From positions 32,001 to 96,000 of IMG/VR virus record IMGVR_UViG_3300009082_000017: a DNA stretch of 64,000 nucleotides; one strand, written 5' to 3'. Shown in pieces: positions 39,272 through 48,049 of this stretch. The notes under the pieces are model-generated. The model saw only the letters and a list, made by a program, of their open reading frames with translations, was not told where the DNA came from and did not search any database. The DNA comes from a virus. Numbering within the stretch: position 1 is the first letter of the stretch; every line of letters starts with the position of its first letter. The translations under genes and the position numbers were made by a program.

Positions 39272-39440
39272 ATGAACACAAATTTTTAATGCTTTTAATT
39301 TAAAGGAGTAAACAGTTTACAACCATGAAACTATTGTTTCATTGAAAATAATTTTAGATTAATTTAAGGTAATGTTCTATTGTAATTAAAAAATTAGGAC
39401 TGTATACTATTAGTATAAATAAATAAGAAAGGAATAAAAA

Positions 39441-40022
39441 ATGATAACTCATGAAAAATATGGTCAATGTACACAGTCCTTTAATCCTTGGCGTGACGCT
39501 ATTGAAAGAAAAGATTTTCTAAATAGATCATGCGGAGAATCAAAAATTACAGACAATGAAGATGGGTCTTATACGGTTGTAAGTGATAGTTACTGGAGTA
39601 CCTTTACTTATTTGCCTAATAACTGGGAGGAACCTTTACAATTTATTGATCCTCAGATTTTTCCATGTATTCAAAAATGTTCAATCCAAATAACAAAATG
39701 GCCTTGGGATGAAGTTGAAGATTACTTCCCACCAAAATTTTATAACAGAAATTTTTACACCGTTTCTATAAAATTATATGATGGTTATGATGAAAAAGGC
39801 AATCCTGAAAATTTGTCTGAATTTGACAATTATTTCTATCCAGAGTATATTTCTAATTTTGATATGTCTGTTTACAAAGAATTTGGATTTTGTACCGACA
39901 AAGACGATCATGATTTTGGAACTTTCAATAAACAATTTGCTATAAAATTAGCAAAGTATGTAAAAACAGAATTAGAAAAATCAGGATTTATTGTTTTTAA
40001 AACCGAACTTCATGAAGCTTAA
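39441..40022 (+). CDS. Hypothetical protein
   Basis: SD; bounded by sites 39324 and 40029. Confidence 0.75.
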   Translation: MITHEKYGQCTQSFNPWRDAIERKDFLNRSCGESKITDNEDGSYTVVSDSYWSTFTYLPNNWEEPLQFIDPQIFPCIQKCSIQITKWPWDEVEDYFPPKFYNRNFYTVSIKLYDGYDEKGNPENLSEFDNYFYPEYISNFDMSVYKEFGFCTDKDDHDFGTFNKQFAIKLAKYVKTELEKSGFIVFKTELHEA

Positions 40023-40069
40023 TTCACCCATGAAAGTTCTATTTCATGGTGTTATAAGAAAGGATTAAA

Positions 40070-40324
40070 ATGAAAATCTTAAAAATTCAAGATATTACAC
40101 CCTTTCGTGGTAAAGAACCTAATGATATGGATTTATTAAATTGTTTGGTAGAATATAACGATGGAGTTACTGGAAATTCATATATGTATCGTGCTAAATA
40201 CGATAAACTTATTTTTCAAGCAGACCTAATTAAAAAATATAATATCACGGAATATGAATTAAATGTGTTTACAGATTTGATCAGAGATGAAATTGATACT
40301 GAACATTTTTATAATGAAACTTAA
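40070..40324 (+). CDS. Hypothetical protein
   Basis: SD AAGGA. Confidence 0.7.
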   Translation: MKILKIQDITPFRGKEPNDMDLLNCLVEYNDGVTGNSYMYRAKYDKLIFQADLIKKYNITEYELNVFTDLIRDEIDTEHFYNET

Positions 40325-40339
40325 AGAATAGGAGAAAAA

Positions 40340-40741
40340 ATGAAAGGTAAAATTACTATTTCAAAAACTTATGGCAATTATGACAATCCAAGGCCAGTTC
40401 GTATTACTATTACAGACACAGATGCCAATATTGATTTTGCTGAAATTAATTTAAGTCTGGAAGAAATTGCCGAAGCATTACTTGGATTGGCTCATGTGGA
40501 ATGTGAAATAACAACACATGATTTAAAAAACGTTGGAAAAACAAGGGAAATGGATACATTAATTGTAAAGTTCCCTGAAGAAATTAACTATCCTACCAAA
40601 CAAGATGCTCATGACTTTGCAATTCAACAAATGCCTGAAACTTGGGAATTACGAGACAGTTTTACTTCGCAAAAATCTTTCTTTGAAGAAAATGGTAAAA
40701 AATATGCAAGAGCCAATATTATAAGATGGGTAGAAAAATAG
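40340..40741 (+). CDS. Hypothetical protein
   Basis: SD AGGAG. Confidence 0.75.
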   Translation: MKGKITISKTYGNYDNPRPVRITITDTDANIDFAEINLSLEEIAEALLGLAHVECEITTHDLKNVGKTREMDTLIVKFPEEINYPTKQDAHDFAIQQMPETWELRDSFTSQKSFFEENGKKYARANIIRWVEK

Positions 40742-40783
40742 TACCCATGAATTTACCGTTTCATTAGAAAAGGAGAAAAAGAT

Positions 40784-40981
40784 ATGTATAATAAAAATGC
40801 AGAAACAAAAATAAGCGATCATGTTCCTATGTTAATGCTTGCATCTTTTTTAAGTCCACTCGTTCTTGGAATAGCAACAGGAATGATTATAAATGACTTT
40901 AGTGCAGGTGGAGGATTAGGAGTATTTATTATGATTGGTTTATGGGTTTTATGTTTTCTATCAATGGCATTTGATTTTTAA
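40784..40981 (+). CDS. Small 2-TM membrane protein
   Basis: Two hydrophobic helices; SD. Confidence 0.65.
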   Translation: MYNKNAETKISDHVPMLMLASFLSPLVLGIATGMIINDFSAGGGLGVFIMIGLWVLCFLSMAFDF

Positions 40982-40997
40982 TAAAGAGGTTGAAAAA

Positions 40998-41198
40998 ATG
41001 AGCAAATATGAATATTTAATAGGGGAAACTGTGTCTTGGAAGGAACATATTGATACAGGTGGAGGCACATATAATTATTGCGAAGGAAAAGTTTTAAACG
41101 TAATTGGTAAAAATGTATTTTTTGAATCAGATGTTAAGTGGATTCCTTATATGCACGAATTAAAAATTATTGAAAAGACGACACAAATAACCCCATGA
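40998..41198 (+). CDS. Hypothetical protein
   Basis: SD GAGG; stop TGA supplied by site 41194. Confidence 0.65.
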   Translation: MSKYEYLIGETVSWKEHIDTGGGTYNYCEGKVLNVIGKNVFFESDVKWIPYMHELKIIEKTTQITP

Positions 41199-41302
41199 AA
41201 TTGCTCTTTTATTGAAAACATTAGAATTCTTAAAATTTCTAAAAAAACTATTGTAATTGTGTTTTTCTCGTGGTATACTATTGCTAGAAAAGGAGATGAA
41301 AT

Positions 41303-41518
41303 ATGACAGATAAAATTAAAACATTAAAATTGTGGTCAAGTGAGTCATATAGTGTAGAATGGCATGAAAACACTATTGATATGGGTGATTATAACCCCGA
41401 AGAACAAGTAAATGTTTTATTGGGGCTAATATATAATCAATTACCAGGAGATGTTTTTGAGGCATTAGCAAAAAGATTGGGCATTACAGAGGAACGTTTA
41501 GCAGATGTTTGTCCATAA
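41303..41518 (+). CDS. Hypothetical protein
   Basis: SD AAGGAG. Confidence 0.7.
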   Translation: MTDKIKTLKLWSSESYSVEWHENTIDMGDYNPEEQVNVLLGLIYNQLPGDVFEALAKRLGITEERLADVCP

Positions 41519-41585
41519 TTCCCATGAAATAAGGTTTTTCATTGGGTAGTAAATAAAATTTTAAATATACAAAGAAGGAGATAAA

Positions 41586-41864
41586 ATGGAAAAAAGTTAC
41601 GGTTCGGGTTATAATTGGGTTGTCACGGATAATGGGAAAGTCGCTCGTTTCGCAGTAGGCGATCATTATGCTGGTGGTTTGTGGGATTTACAAAAAGAAG
41701 GAACACAAGACTCTTTAGAGAATAAAAGTACTCGTGCGTATCTTTTTGAAGCAATTTATAGTATTTCGCCTAGAGAGTATTTTGAATTAAAAGAAGATGT
41801 TGGAAAAGATTTTATAGAACTATTAGAAAAACAAATATCAAATGATTTAAAAAATGAAAAATAA
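41586..41864 (+). CDS. Hypothetical protein
   Basis: SD AAGGAG; site-bounded. Confidence 0.7.
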   Translation: MEKSYGSGYNWVVTDNGKVARFAVGDHYAGGLWDLQKEGTQDSLENKSTRAYLFEAIYSISPREYFELKEDVGKDFIELLEKQISNDLKNEK

Positions 41865-42120
41865 TCCCCATGAAATGAGACATTCATGGGAATAAAGAAA
41901 GGATAATGAAATGGACAAAAAAGAATTGAAAGAATATTTACGCAATAACTTAGGCGTGACAGTTTTTATCAATGATGGCGATCTTCAAGTGGATATTACT
42001 TTAGAGGATGAAGTTATTGCCAGCGCAGGAACTTGTATGCCGTTTGAAAATGCTCGTTATGATGATTATGGTAATCGAATTTAACCCCATAAAACAACGC
42101 TTTCATGTGGAAAGGATAAA

Positions 42121-42372
42121 ATGAAAATAAAAGGAAAGCAAATAGTTGAAGTAGAAATTACTGAAAGAGAATTGGCTTATGCTCTTATGGACATAGTGCG
42201 TAAAAAATTGAAACTTGATAATAGTTTTGATGATGCCGGTTGTGATTGGGTTACCGATAAAGACAAAACATATATTGGAAATAATAAATGGTTAATATCA
42301 AATAATCCTGAAATAGCAAGCATGATCAACACAGTAAATTTATTGATCTATAATCAAACTTTGGGAATATAA
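42121..42372 (+). CDS. Hypothetical protein
   Basis: SD AAGGA. Confidence 0.7.
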   Translation: MKIKGKQIVEVEITERELAYALMDIVRKKLKLDNSFDDAGCDWVTDKDKTYIGNNKWLISNNPEIASMINTVNLLIYNQTLGI

Positions 42373-42400
42373 TATCCAACCTTAAAAAATCTCAAAACGC

Positions 42401-42429
42401 TTGACTTTCGTATTTTATCGTGCTATACT
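42401..42429 (+). promoter_or_regulatory. sigma70 promoter
   Basis: TTGACT-17-TATACT, TG extended. Confidence 0.7.
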
Positions 42430-42471
42430 ATATACAAGGAATTAAATAAAGCACGTAAAAAGGAGATAATA

Positions 42472-42846
42472 ATGAAAGAAACTGGTGAATATGTAACTTT
42501 CAGTCTTGACAATGATAAGGATTTAGTTATTTCTTTAAATAAAAATATCACTAAAAAATCAAGAAAAGAATTTTTAGATGATACAAAAGATTATCATAGT
42601 GACCAAAGATTTATGGAACTTATTGAAGACTTTTTGTGTAACGGTTGGGATTGGGTTAATGCGGAAGATATTGGAGCTTTAACAGAAGCGCCTTTGTTGA
42701 CCAACGATATTGAAATTGACGATCAAGGTAATGTAATAAAAGTTGGTATAATTTATAAATATGAAATGTATCAGGTTTATGATCCTGTGGAAGAAATTTT
42801 TAGTGAAGGAAAGATTATTTTAACAAAACATGAACCAGAGAATTAA
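42472..42846 (+). CDS. Hypothetical protein (paralog of 26761-27123)
   Basis: LCNGWDWVNAEDIGALTEAPLLT. Confidence 0.75.
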   Translation: MKETGEYVTFSLDNDKDLVISLNKNITKKSRKEFLDDTKDYHSDQRFMELIEDFLCNGWDWVNAEDIGALTEAPLLTNDIEIDDQGNVIKVGIIYKYEMYQVYDPVEEIFSEGKIILTKHEPEN

Positions 42847-42891
42847 TTCCTAATAAAACGTTCATTTCATGTAGTAGAAAGGTAGGATAAA

Positions 42892-43074
42892 ATGGAACTA
42901 ATCAAATCTAGATTAAATTTTGCTATAACACTAGAAGAATTAAAAGTTCTAGTAAAATTATTGGGCAGTATGAGTAGATCAGATGCCACCAAATTAGGTC
43001 TGACTCATGAAGAAGATGACTTAATTCTAAATATTTTTAGAAAGATTGATGAAATACTTATAAAAACACGATGA
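42892..43074 (+). CDS. Hypothetical protein
   Basis: Site-bounded; stop lies in site 43070. Confidence 0.65.
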   Translation: MELIKSRLNFAITLEELKVLVKLLGSMSRSDATKLGLTHEEDDLILNIFRKIDEILIKTR

Positions 43075-43107
43075 AATCACTATTTTATTAGAATAAAAGG
43101 AGAAAAT

Positions 43108-43299
43108 ATGTTAATTTTTATGGTTTCTGTAAATATTGTTGTTGGATTTGCAATTTTATTAGCATTTTATGGTATGATGAAGGCATGGATTGACACTGAC
43201 AATACGTTAGGATTGGTAATATTGAAAATCATTGGGTCAGTTTGTTGCCTTGCAATAATTCCTTGTTACATTAGTTTATGGTTGGCTACACCGCTATAA
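43108..43299 (+). CDS. Small 2-TM membrane protein
   Basis: Hydrophobic; site-bounded. Confidence 0.65.
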   Translation: MLIFMVSVNIVVGFAILLAFYGMMKAWIDTDNTLGLVILKIIGSVCCLAIIPCYISLWLATPL

Positions 43300-43334
43300 A
43301 ATTTCCATGAAATTCGCATTTCGTTGAGAATTTT

Positions 43335-43410
43335 GCCCTTGTAGCTCAGTTGGATTAAGAGCAATTCTCTTCTAAAGAATAGGTCGCGTGTTCGAGCCAC
43401 GCCAAGGGCG
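43335..43410 (+). tRNA. tRNA-Arg(UCU)
   Basis: GCCCTTG/CAAGGGC acceptor, ATTCT-CTTCTAA-AGAAT anticodon arm, GCGTG-TTCGAGC-CACGC T arm. Confidence 0.9.
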
Positions 43411-43443
43411 CTAGGTAAAATTATTGAAAGGAGATATAACACA

Positions 43444-43731
43444 ATGCCATTAACAGATGCCGAAGTAATCAAACTAATACCAAAAAAGGCTTTCCTAGAA
43501 TACGAAGAAGCAAAGAAATCAAAGAAGGTAAACTTCTACGACTACAACGCAATGAGGCAATACGCAAAACAAAATAACCTACTACGATTATATAAATTGG
43601 ATTGGAGCGACTACATGGATATGGTCGCAGGTTACAAAGTGCTGATGTACCATTACGGATTGGAATTATGGTTCGATAATAGGTGTGATGAGAAACCTAA
43701 AAAATCAAGAAAGGTGGTAGAAAATGTCTAA
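43444..43731 (+). CDS. Hypothetical protein
   Basis: SD AAGGAG. Confidence 0.7.
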   Translation: MPLTDAEVIKLIPKKAFLEYEEAKKSKKVNFYDYNAMRQYAKQNNLLRLYKLDWSDYMDMVAGYKVLMYHYGLELWFDNRCDEKPKKSRKVVENV

Positions 43732-44325
43732 ATCTCAAAAAGTTGTAATTGTAATAATTGTTGTTATGGCTGTTATTGGAGCGGGAGTTATTGGTTTGTC
43801 TTATGGTAGATCATTAAATCAACAAACCGTGACTCATGTAGAACAAGTTTTTGCAGACGTAAATGGTGATGGAACTCTTGACCTTATCTTAAAAGGTGAT
43901 GTTATTATTAACACTGGACAATCAAATTTAGCAACCAGCCAGTTGAGCAACAATTAATTGAACCGGTTTCTAGTAACATAGAACAATCACAAGAAAACGT
44001 TTCAACTGGCACAAAAATATTAGTGAGAATATCGCACTATACGCCTTGGGTTGGTGGAATTAATTGTTTCAATTTTGTAAATGGTGAATGTGTTAGCAAA
44101 ATGTCAAATGGAGAACGATGGCAGGATTGGATGAATAAGGCTATTGCTTGCCCTCCAGAAATACCATTTGAATCAAAAATAATTGTTGATAATATAGAAT
44201 GGATATGTAAGGATCGTGGTGGAGCTATAACGTATGATGGATACGCTTATTGGATAGACCAATTGACAGCAAGTCCACAATATAGTTATGGTCAAGTAGT
44301 TGAAGCGATATTAATAGAACCATGA
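43724..44325 (+). CDS. Membrane-anchored 3D-domain-like (peptidoglycan-active) protein, probably made by -1 frameshift joining 43724-43957 and 44023-44325
   Basis: N-terminal TM; slippery A-AAT-TTA at 43924-43930; -1 frame open from 43912 to 44325; IACP...ICKDRGGAI...WIDQL 3D-like motif. Confidence 0.55.
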
Positions 44326-44346
44326 TAAATAAAAAAGGAGATTAAT

Positions 44347-44529
44347 ATGAAAATTACAGAATTGATCGAGAAGTTAGAACAAATTGCCGTTGATAATGGT
44401 GATATGGAAGTAGTATTACCACAGTCTTGTACCGATGAAATTACTTTGGAAGAAAGAGCATGGAACGCAGATATTAGTGAAGTAGAAACTTCTGGTACTG
44501 GTGCTGATAAAGTAACATTAATCTATTAA
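44347..44529 (+). CDS. Hypothetical protein
   Basis: MKITELIEKLEQ...GDMEV; SD. Confidence 0.7.
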   Translation: MKITELIEKLEQIAVDNGDMEVVLPQSCTDEITLEERAWNADISEVETSGTGADKVTLIY

Positions 44530-44549
44530 ATCAAAAGGAGAATATAAAA

Positions 44550-44807
44550 ATGAAAAACTTAAAACTCACACAGGATTCACAACGTAAGTGGAACGTCATT
44601 AACACAATCACTGGTTTGGTTGTGACTGGTCACTTCACCAATAAGTCTCTTGCTCTGGACGCTATGAAGAATTATAAAGAAGATGTTGTAACAGCAACCA
44701 AAAAGTCGATCACGATGTCACGCAAAGACCAGATCCGTCATGCTCGTGCAAAGGCACAGGGTATTAGTTATGCTGACTATGTTGCAAAATATGTGGTTGG
44801 AGGGTAA
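44550..44807 (+). CDS. Hypothetical protein
   Basis: SD AAGGAG. Confidence 0.7.
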   Translation: MKNLKLTQDSQRKWNVINTITGLVVTGHFTNKSLALDAMKNYKEDVVTATKKSITMSRKDQIRHARAKAQGISYADYVAKYVVGG

Positions 44808-44808
44808 G

Positions 44809-44979
44809 ATGAAAATCAATTGGAAAGCGATTTTTGGGCGTTTACTAATTTTGGTAGTTTTAGGGACTTTAACCTTTTTGTCATTTTCCCTTGGATGGGA
44901 TCTTTATGCCAAAGCATTAAGTACAGTTTTTACGGCGATTTTCCTTATTGCCATTGGCTTTGAACTGATGTTTTCATGA
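44809..44979 (+). CDS. Small 2-TM membrane protein
   Basis: SD GGAGGG; stop lies in site 44975. Confidence 0.6.
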   Translation: MKINWKAIFGRLLILVVLGTLTFLSFSLGWDLYAKALSTVFTAIFLIAIGFELMFS

Positions 44980-45340
44980 AATTAGTATTTCGTGGGATTG
45001 GGCAAATTAAAATTTACATTATAGGAGATTAAATGCTATTTTTCTGGATTGTGATATTGATTTTGTTTGCGGGTTGTAAGTAATTGGGTATTGACAGTTT
45101 GAAATAAATATGATAGTATTAGTAAAGAAAAGGAGATTTAAATGGATATAAATATTCAAAAAAGTATTTTGCTTGGATTGTTTGGAATGGCATATGCTAT
45201 AAGAAGTTTGCGCCTATATATGTATACTAAATCAAAATGGGATTTATTGGGAATTTTATTTGGGGTTATAAGTATTGTATACAGTTTTACCCCATGAAAC
45301 CTGAATTTCATTGGGTTGTATAACAGAAAAGGAGAATAAA

Positions 45341-45772
45341 ATGGAAGTTGTGATTAATAAATGTTTTGGTGGATTTAGTTTATCTCCAAAAGGAATGATT
45401 GAGTATTACGGGAGAAAAGGGAAAAAAGTTTATTTTTATAAACAGACGGAATATCGTTTCAATACCGGCAAAGACCATTATGTAAAAGTTGATGAAAATA
45501 CGAACGATGGACTTTTTATCAATAGTGTCTTTGAAGACCTTGGAGATTCATTTGATAATTGGCCTGAAAACCACAATGATTTGTGGGCAGATTCAAGACC
45601 TGATCAAAGAGATGATCCTGATTTGGTAGCTACTGTGAAAAGTTTAGGTGAAAAAGCTAATGGTGCTTGCGCGTCTTTAGAGATTGTAGAAATACCTAAT
45701 GGTGTTAATTATGAAATTGATGAATATGACGGAATGGAATCAATTCATGAGTCCCATAGAAGTTGGGGATAA
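45341..45772 (+). CDS. Phage hypothetical protein
   Basis: VVINKCFGGFSLS...RDDPDLV...EYDGMESIHE; SD AAGGAG. Confidence 0.8.
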   Translation: MEVVINKCFGGFSLSPKGMIEYYGRKGKKVYFYKQTEYRFNTGKDHYVKVDENTNDGLFINSVFEDLGDSFDNWPENHNDLWADSRPDQRDDPDLVATVKSLGEKANGACASLEIVEIPNGVNYEIDEYDGMESIHESHRSWG

Positions 45773-45774
45773 TT

Positions 45775-46263
45775 ATGAATTTACAAGATTTTTTTAGTAA
45801 AACAAATAAAGTTATTGATCTTGAAAATTCACATTATCGTTTTCAAGAAATTAGACCTAGAATAATTTGTCGGGATGGTGTTTCATTATCTGTTCAAGGA
45901 AGCGAAACACATTATTGCCAACCGCGCATTAATGATTATGCCAATTATTATGAAGTAGAAGTTGGATATCCATCAATAAGACCACCTGAAACATGGAAAC
46001 AATATTTTGATGGTGAATGGCAACAAGTAGGAATTATTGGATGGATTAAAAGAGTTTGGAAAGAAAGGTCTAACATTTTCTATTCCTTGAAAAATTTGAA
46101 GGGATTAGGCAAGTGGAAGATTAAAGATATTCTTTCTTTGGAAGATAATGCAACAAGGAGTGTTTATGGTTATATTCTTAGTAGTTTAGTTGAAGATTTT
46201 ATTAATACTCATGGTGGAATAGATGAAGAAGAAACTTTTAAAAAATCTACCATGAAAGAGTAG
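45775..46263 (+). CDS. Phage hypothetical protein
   Basis: CRDGVSLSVQ...HYCQPR...VEVGYPS...HGG. Confidence 0.75.
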   Translation: MNLQDFFSKTNKVIDLENSHYRFQEIRPRIICRDGVSLSVQGSETHYCQPRINDYANYYEVEVGYPSIRPPETWKQYFDGEWQQVGIIGWIKRVWKERSNIFYSLKNLKGLGKWKIKDILSLEDNATRSVYGYILSSLVEDFINTHGGIDEEETFKKSTMKE

Positions 46264-46291
46264 ATTCATGTGGTTGGTGGAAAGGACAGTT

Positions 46292-46510
46292 ATGAAAAAA
46301 TTTATATCAACACAGGGCGACTTAACAGTCGAATTAAGTCAGAACACAATCTTTATTGAAGGCACATATATTTTCAATGGTGATATTCATAACCTTCGTG
46401 TTTGGTTGGATGGTGTGGACAGCTTACTTAACAGTAATAGAAATATAGATGCCGATGAAGATATGTGGTTGCCTGAAGATATTTATGGTACTTCGGATAA
46501 TGTGGAATAA
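46292..46510 (+). CDS. Hypothetical protein
   Basis: SD; site-bounded. Confidence 0.65.
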   Translation: MKKFISTQGDLTVELSQNTIFIEGTYIFNGDIHNLRVWLDGVDSLLNSNRNIDADEDMWLPEDIYGTSDNVE

Positions 46511-46533
46511 TAACCCAATGAAACGAGGATTTT

Positions 46534-46917
46534 ATGGGAATGTTTGATAGTGTTGGTTTAGAATGTAATTTGCCAGAAAATATTGAACCATATAGAAAAG
46601 GTTGGTGGCAGACAAAAAGCCTTGGTAGACATATGGATCAATATTATATTGACAATGATCATATTTATAAAGAATTGTGTCATTATGAAGATGTCCCAGA
46701 GCAAGAAAGAACATTCTATGGAGAACCGGAGTGGGATAAAGATGATTTTTATAAATTAATAGGATCACAAAAACGAATAGTAGATAAAACTGTTGTGGTT
46801 GACTATACTGGCGAAATAGAATGCCATGCATATGTTGAAGAAAAACAATTAATGGTTCGATTATTATTTACTTTTGTAAACGGAAATTTATTGAAAAAAG
46901 AAGTTTTGACACCATAA
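46534..46917 (+). CDS. Phage hypothetical protein
   Basis: MGMFD...WQTKSL...F.NGNL; start in site 46517, stop in site 46913. Confidence 0.75.
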   Translation: MGMFDSVGLECNLPENIEPYRKGWWQTKSLGRHMDQYYIDNDHIYKELCHYEDVPEQERTFYGEPEWDKDDFYKLIGSQKRIVDKTVVVDYTGEIECHAYVEEKQLMVRLLFTFVNGNLLKKEVLTP

Positions 46918-46940
46918 AATAATGGTTTCATGGAGAAAAA

Positions 46941-47180
46941 ATGAAAACAAAAATGTATGAAGTATTTTTTGAAATTATTGGAAAGCATTTAGATGCTCAT
47001 AAATTTCTGAACGCTAATGAAGATTGGCTTCTAGAAATGTATAAGGATTTGTCTAATAATATTCCCAATTCTACAATCAAAGATATTAAACGACTTGACC
47101 TATATAACATGGGTCACATTGACTATCATCATAAATTCGCTCTGCATTGTGATGAATTATATCAGAAAAACACCCCATAA
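46941..47180 (+). CDS. Hypothetical protein
   Basis: GHIDYHHKFALHC; stop lies in site 47176. Confidence 0.7.
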   Translation: MKTKMYEVFFEIIGKHLDAHKFLNANEDWLLEMYKDLSNNIPNSTIKDIKRLDLYNMGHIDYHHKFALHCDELYQKNTP

Positions 47181-47250
47181 ATTATGTATTTCATGGGAAA
47201 TTACTTGACTTTTTGCAATAAATATGATAATATTATAAAAAAGGAGCATT

Positions 47251-48024
47251 ATGAAAATATTCGCAATAGATAATGGAGCAAATTTAAAACTAACCACATT
47301 CCCAGACGGACAACCTCATATCCAGGTTATTGATTTTGATCCTCCAGATGAGGCTATGGTAGTTTGTTCAATCACATCACCATCAAAACTTTTGCAATTA
47401 TTAGAATTGTCAAATGCATTACAATACCTAAAAACAAAAAGAACTTGTTTGAGTATTCCATATCTTATGTGCGCAAGATCAGATAGGCATATGTTGGAAG
47501 GTGATAGTTTTGATTTGGAAGTAATGGCGATATTAATTAATCTTTGCGATTTTGAAGAAGTTTTGTTATGTGATGTTCATTCTGAAGTTGCAACAAAACT
47601 AATCAAAAACTCTAAAAATATTGTTCCTAACTTATTAGAAAAATATGATAAAGAAAACCCTTTATATATTTGCCCAGACAAGGGAGCAATTAACAGAGTC
47701 CCAAAAGATGTAGAAGTGATTTATTGCGAAAAGTCTAGGGATTTATCAACAGGAAAAATTACACTCAAAGTAAATACTCCAGAAAAAGCGTGGGGTAGAA
47801 ATTGTATTATTGTTGATGACATTTGCGATGGAGGAGGAACATTTATTGCAATAGCCGAACAAATTAATCCAAATCATTTAACGCTTGCTGTGACCCATGG
47901 AATTTTTTCAAAAGGGTTAGACATATTATTTGAATATTTTGATGAAATTATTACTACCAATAGTTATGCCTGTTTTGACTTACAAGAAAAATATAAAAAT
48001 TTAAAAATGATCAGGGTATCATAA
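47251..48024 (+). CDS. prs: PRPP-synthetase-like protein (candidate ADPR-PP synthetase, Adps)
   Basis: FPDGQ, PYLMCARSDR, DVHS, PDKGA, KSRDLSTGKI, IVDDICDGGGTF, VTHGIFS. Confidence 0.85.
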   Translation: MKIFAIDNGANLKLTTFPDGQPHIQVIDFDPPDEAMVVCSITSPSKLLQLLELSNALQYLKTKRTCLSIPYLMCARSDRHMLEGDSFDLEVMAILINLCDFEEVLLCDVHSEVATKLIKNSKNIVPNLLEKYDKENPLYICPDKGAINRVPKDVEVIYCEKSRDLSTGKITLKVNTPEKAWGRNCIIVDDICDGGGTFIAIAEQINPNHLTLAVTHGIFSKGLDILFEYFDEIITTNSYACFDLQEKYKNLKMIRVS

Positions 48025-48049
48025 TAAAAAAGAAAAGGAGAAATATAAT

